The notes beneath the pieces are model-generated. The model searched no databases. It was given only the letters and a program-made list of their open reading frames with translations, and was not told where the DNA came from. DNA of 15,320 nucleotides, taken from assembly GCA_044236265.1 (NCBI GenBank), contig JBIIGV010000069.1, positions 1 through 15,320 of the forward strand, in the 5' to 3' direction. The DNA comes from Oligoflexales bacterium (GTDB lineage: Bacteria > Bdellovibrionota_B > Oligoflexia > Oligoflexales > RGVZ01). Shown here piece after piece: positions 14,473-15,320 of the stretch. Both the position numbers and the translations under genes were made by a program. How positions within the stretch are numbered: the first letter of the stretch is position 1; every line of letters begins with the position of its first letter.

Positions 14473-15161
14473 AAAACACCTCTTCTGGCTGACGTCAGCC
14501 AGAACTCATCTGCACCTAGCCTAATTTTTTTAAAATCAACGCGGACTTTTGAATGTTGAGGAACTCGTTCGCTAAGGTCCCTGGTCATCGAAAACATCAT
14601 AATACCGTGGCCACCCGCGTAATTCACATCTAAAAGCTCCGCGGCCTCGTAGTAGAATCTGTAACCAACATTCCTGAAAAGACATTTGAAAATAGCTTCT
14701 TTTGCAGAGAATACGGCCGTTGACCACCCCCTACCAATTTGAGAGCCAACATCTACCTCGGCAAATGTTGCCACTTTCAGCTGAAGGTCATCCTCCAAAT
14801 CACGCACAGACTCTAAGTCAATACCGGGATCATCTGACTTAGATGCGACAGCTCGCCATGCAAGAGCCACATGGCCTTTTTTATGCGTCAGACTTCCTGC
14901 GTGTTCATCGCGCCAAATAAGCTCGCCATGATCCCCCTTCTCGGGGATATATCCGGCCATCTCGCGCATAAGTATCCGACTGAGAATCCACTCCCGCTGC
15001 CGCTCGGGATGCTTGATTTCATCAGCTTTAGCGAGCATATCCGAGGAGCTAATCTCACGAAGAAGATCTAACGATGCCTGTAACGAGCTGTCCAGACACA
15101 CAATCGTCCGATCTCCGACTGTCTCAAACTGTAAGTTTAATAAGCACTTTCCTGTAGCCAT
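14469..15161 (-). CDS. 4'-phosphopantetheinyl transferase (EntD/Sfp family)
   Basis: RQREWILSR, GSLTHK, GIDLE and FSAKEAIFK motifs. Its stop overlaps the ggt start by 4 bp (ATGA). Confidence 0.88.
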   Translation of the reverse strand: MATGKCLLNLQFETVGDRTIVCLDSSLQASLDLLREISSSDMLAKADEIKHPERQREWILSRILMREMAGYIPEKGDHGELIWRDEHAGSLTHKKGHVALAWRAVASKSDDPGIDLESVRDLEDDLQLKVATFAEVDVGSQIGRGWSTAVFSAKEAIFKCLFRNVGYRFYYEAAELLDVNYAGGHGIMMFSMTRDLSERVPQHSKVRVDFKKIRLGADEFWLTSARRGVL

Positions 15162-15222
15162 AACAACATTATGCTATGACATCTGCCCTGAGATCACTAA
15201 GTTTTTTGATAATGGCTTAAAG

Positions 15223-15320
15223 TCAGGCAGCAGAATGGGTGCCGGTTTCGACAACGGCTAATCCGCGGTAATTACGATCTACATAGGTATTTGGTGTCCC
15301 TACAATTTTACCTGGGCGGC
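15223..15320 (-). CDS. 3' end of a probable CDS running off the window (product unknown)
   Basis: Open minus-strand frame from the window edge, ...RPGKIVGTPNTYVDRNYRGLAVVETGTHSAA*, with TGA at 15223-15225, co-directional with the PPTase and ggt genes. Too short to identify. Confidence 0.5.
   Translation of the reverse strand, partial: RPGKIVGTPNTYVDRNYRGLAVVETGTHSAA

Noticed and set aside
1..15320. CRISPR arrays, tRNA/rRNA genes, IS elements, long tandem repeats, frameshifted pseudogenes
   Set aside because: None seen by eye. Intergenic gaps are short (about 200 bp or less) and all recognised proteins appear full length.

Overview
A gene-dense bacterial chromosomal window of roughly 48-50% GC (estimated by eye), with 14 complete CDSs and the 3' end of a 15th at the right edge. 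Left to right: a minus-strand operon (MlaF-like ABC ATPase, LpxL/HtrB-family acyltransferase, HAD hydrolase) with its own promoter and terminator; a monofunctional proline dehydrogenase; an orphan FixJ-like response regulator; a hypothetical lipoprotein; a DEDDh 3'-5' exonuclease; a GAF/HD-GYP phosphodiesterase; an exported START-domain protein; pyrF; two uncharacterised exported proteins separated by an AT-rich, GATC-dense spacer; and a coupled PPTase-ggt pair. I see no rRNA, tRNA, CRISPR array, transposase or integrase. The gene content loosely suggests Bdellovibrionota/Oligoflexia or a related lineage, but this is unverified inference. Most of the window looks like ordinary housekeeping and envelope genes, and I cannot demonstrate a new system from sequence alone. 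The best leads are (1) the operon whose ABC ATPase lacks the catalytic H-loop histidine and has no adjacent permease, and (2) the pyrF-ggt interval with two unknown exported proteins and a palindrome/GATC cluster.
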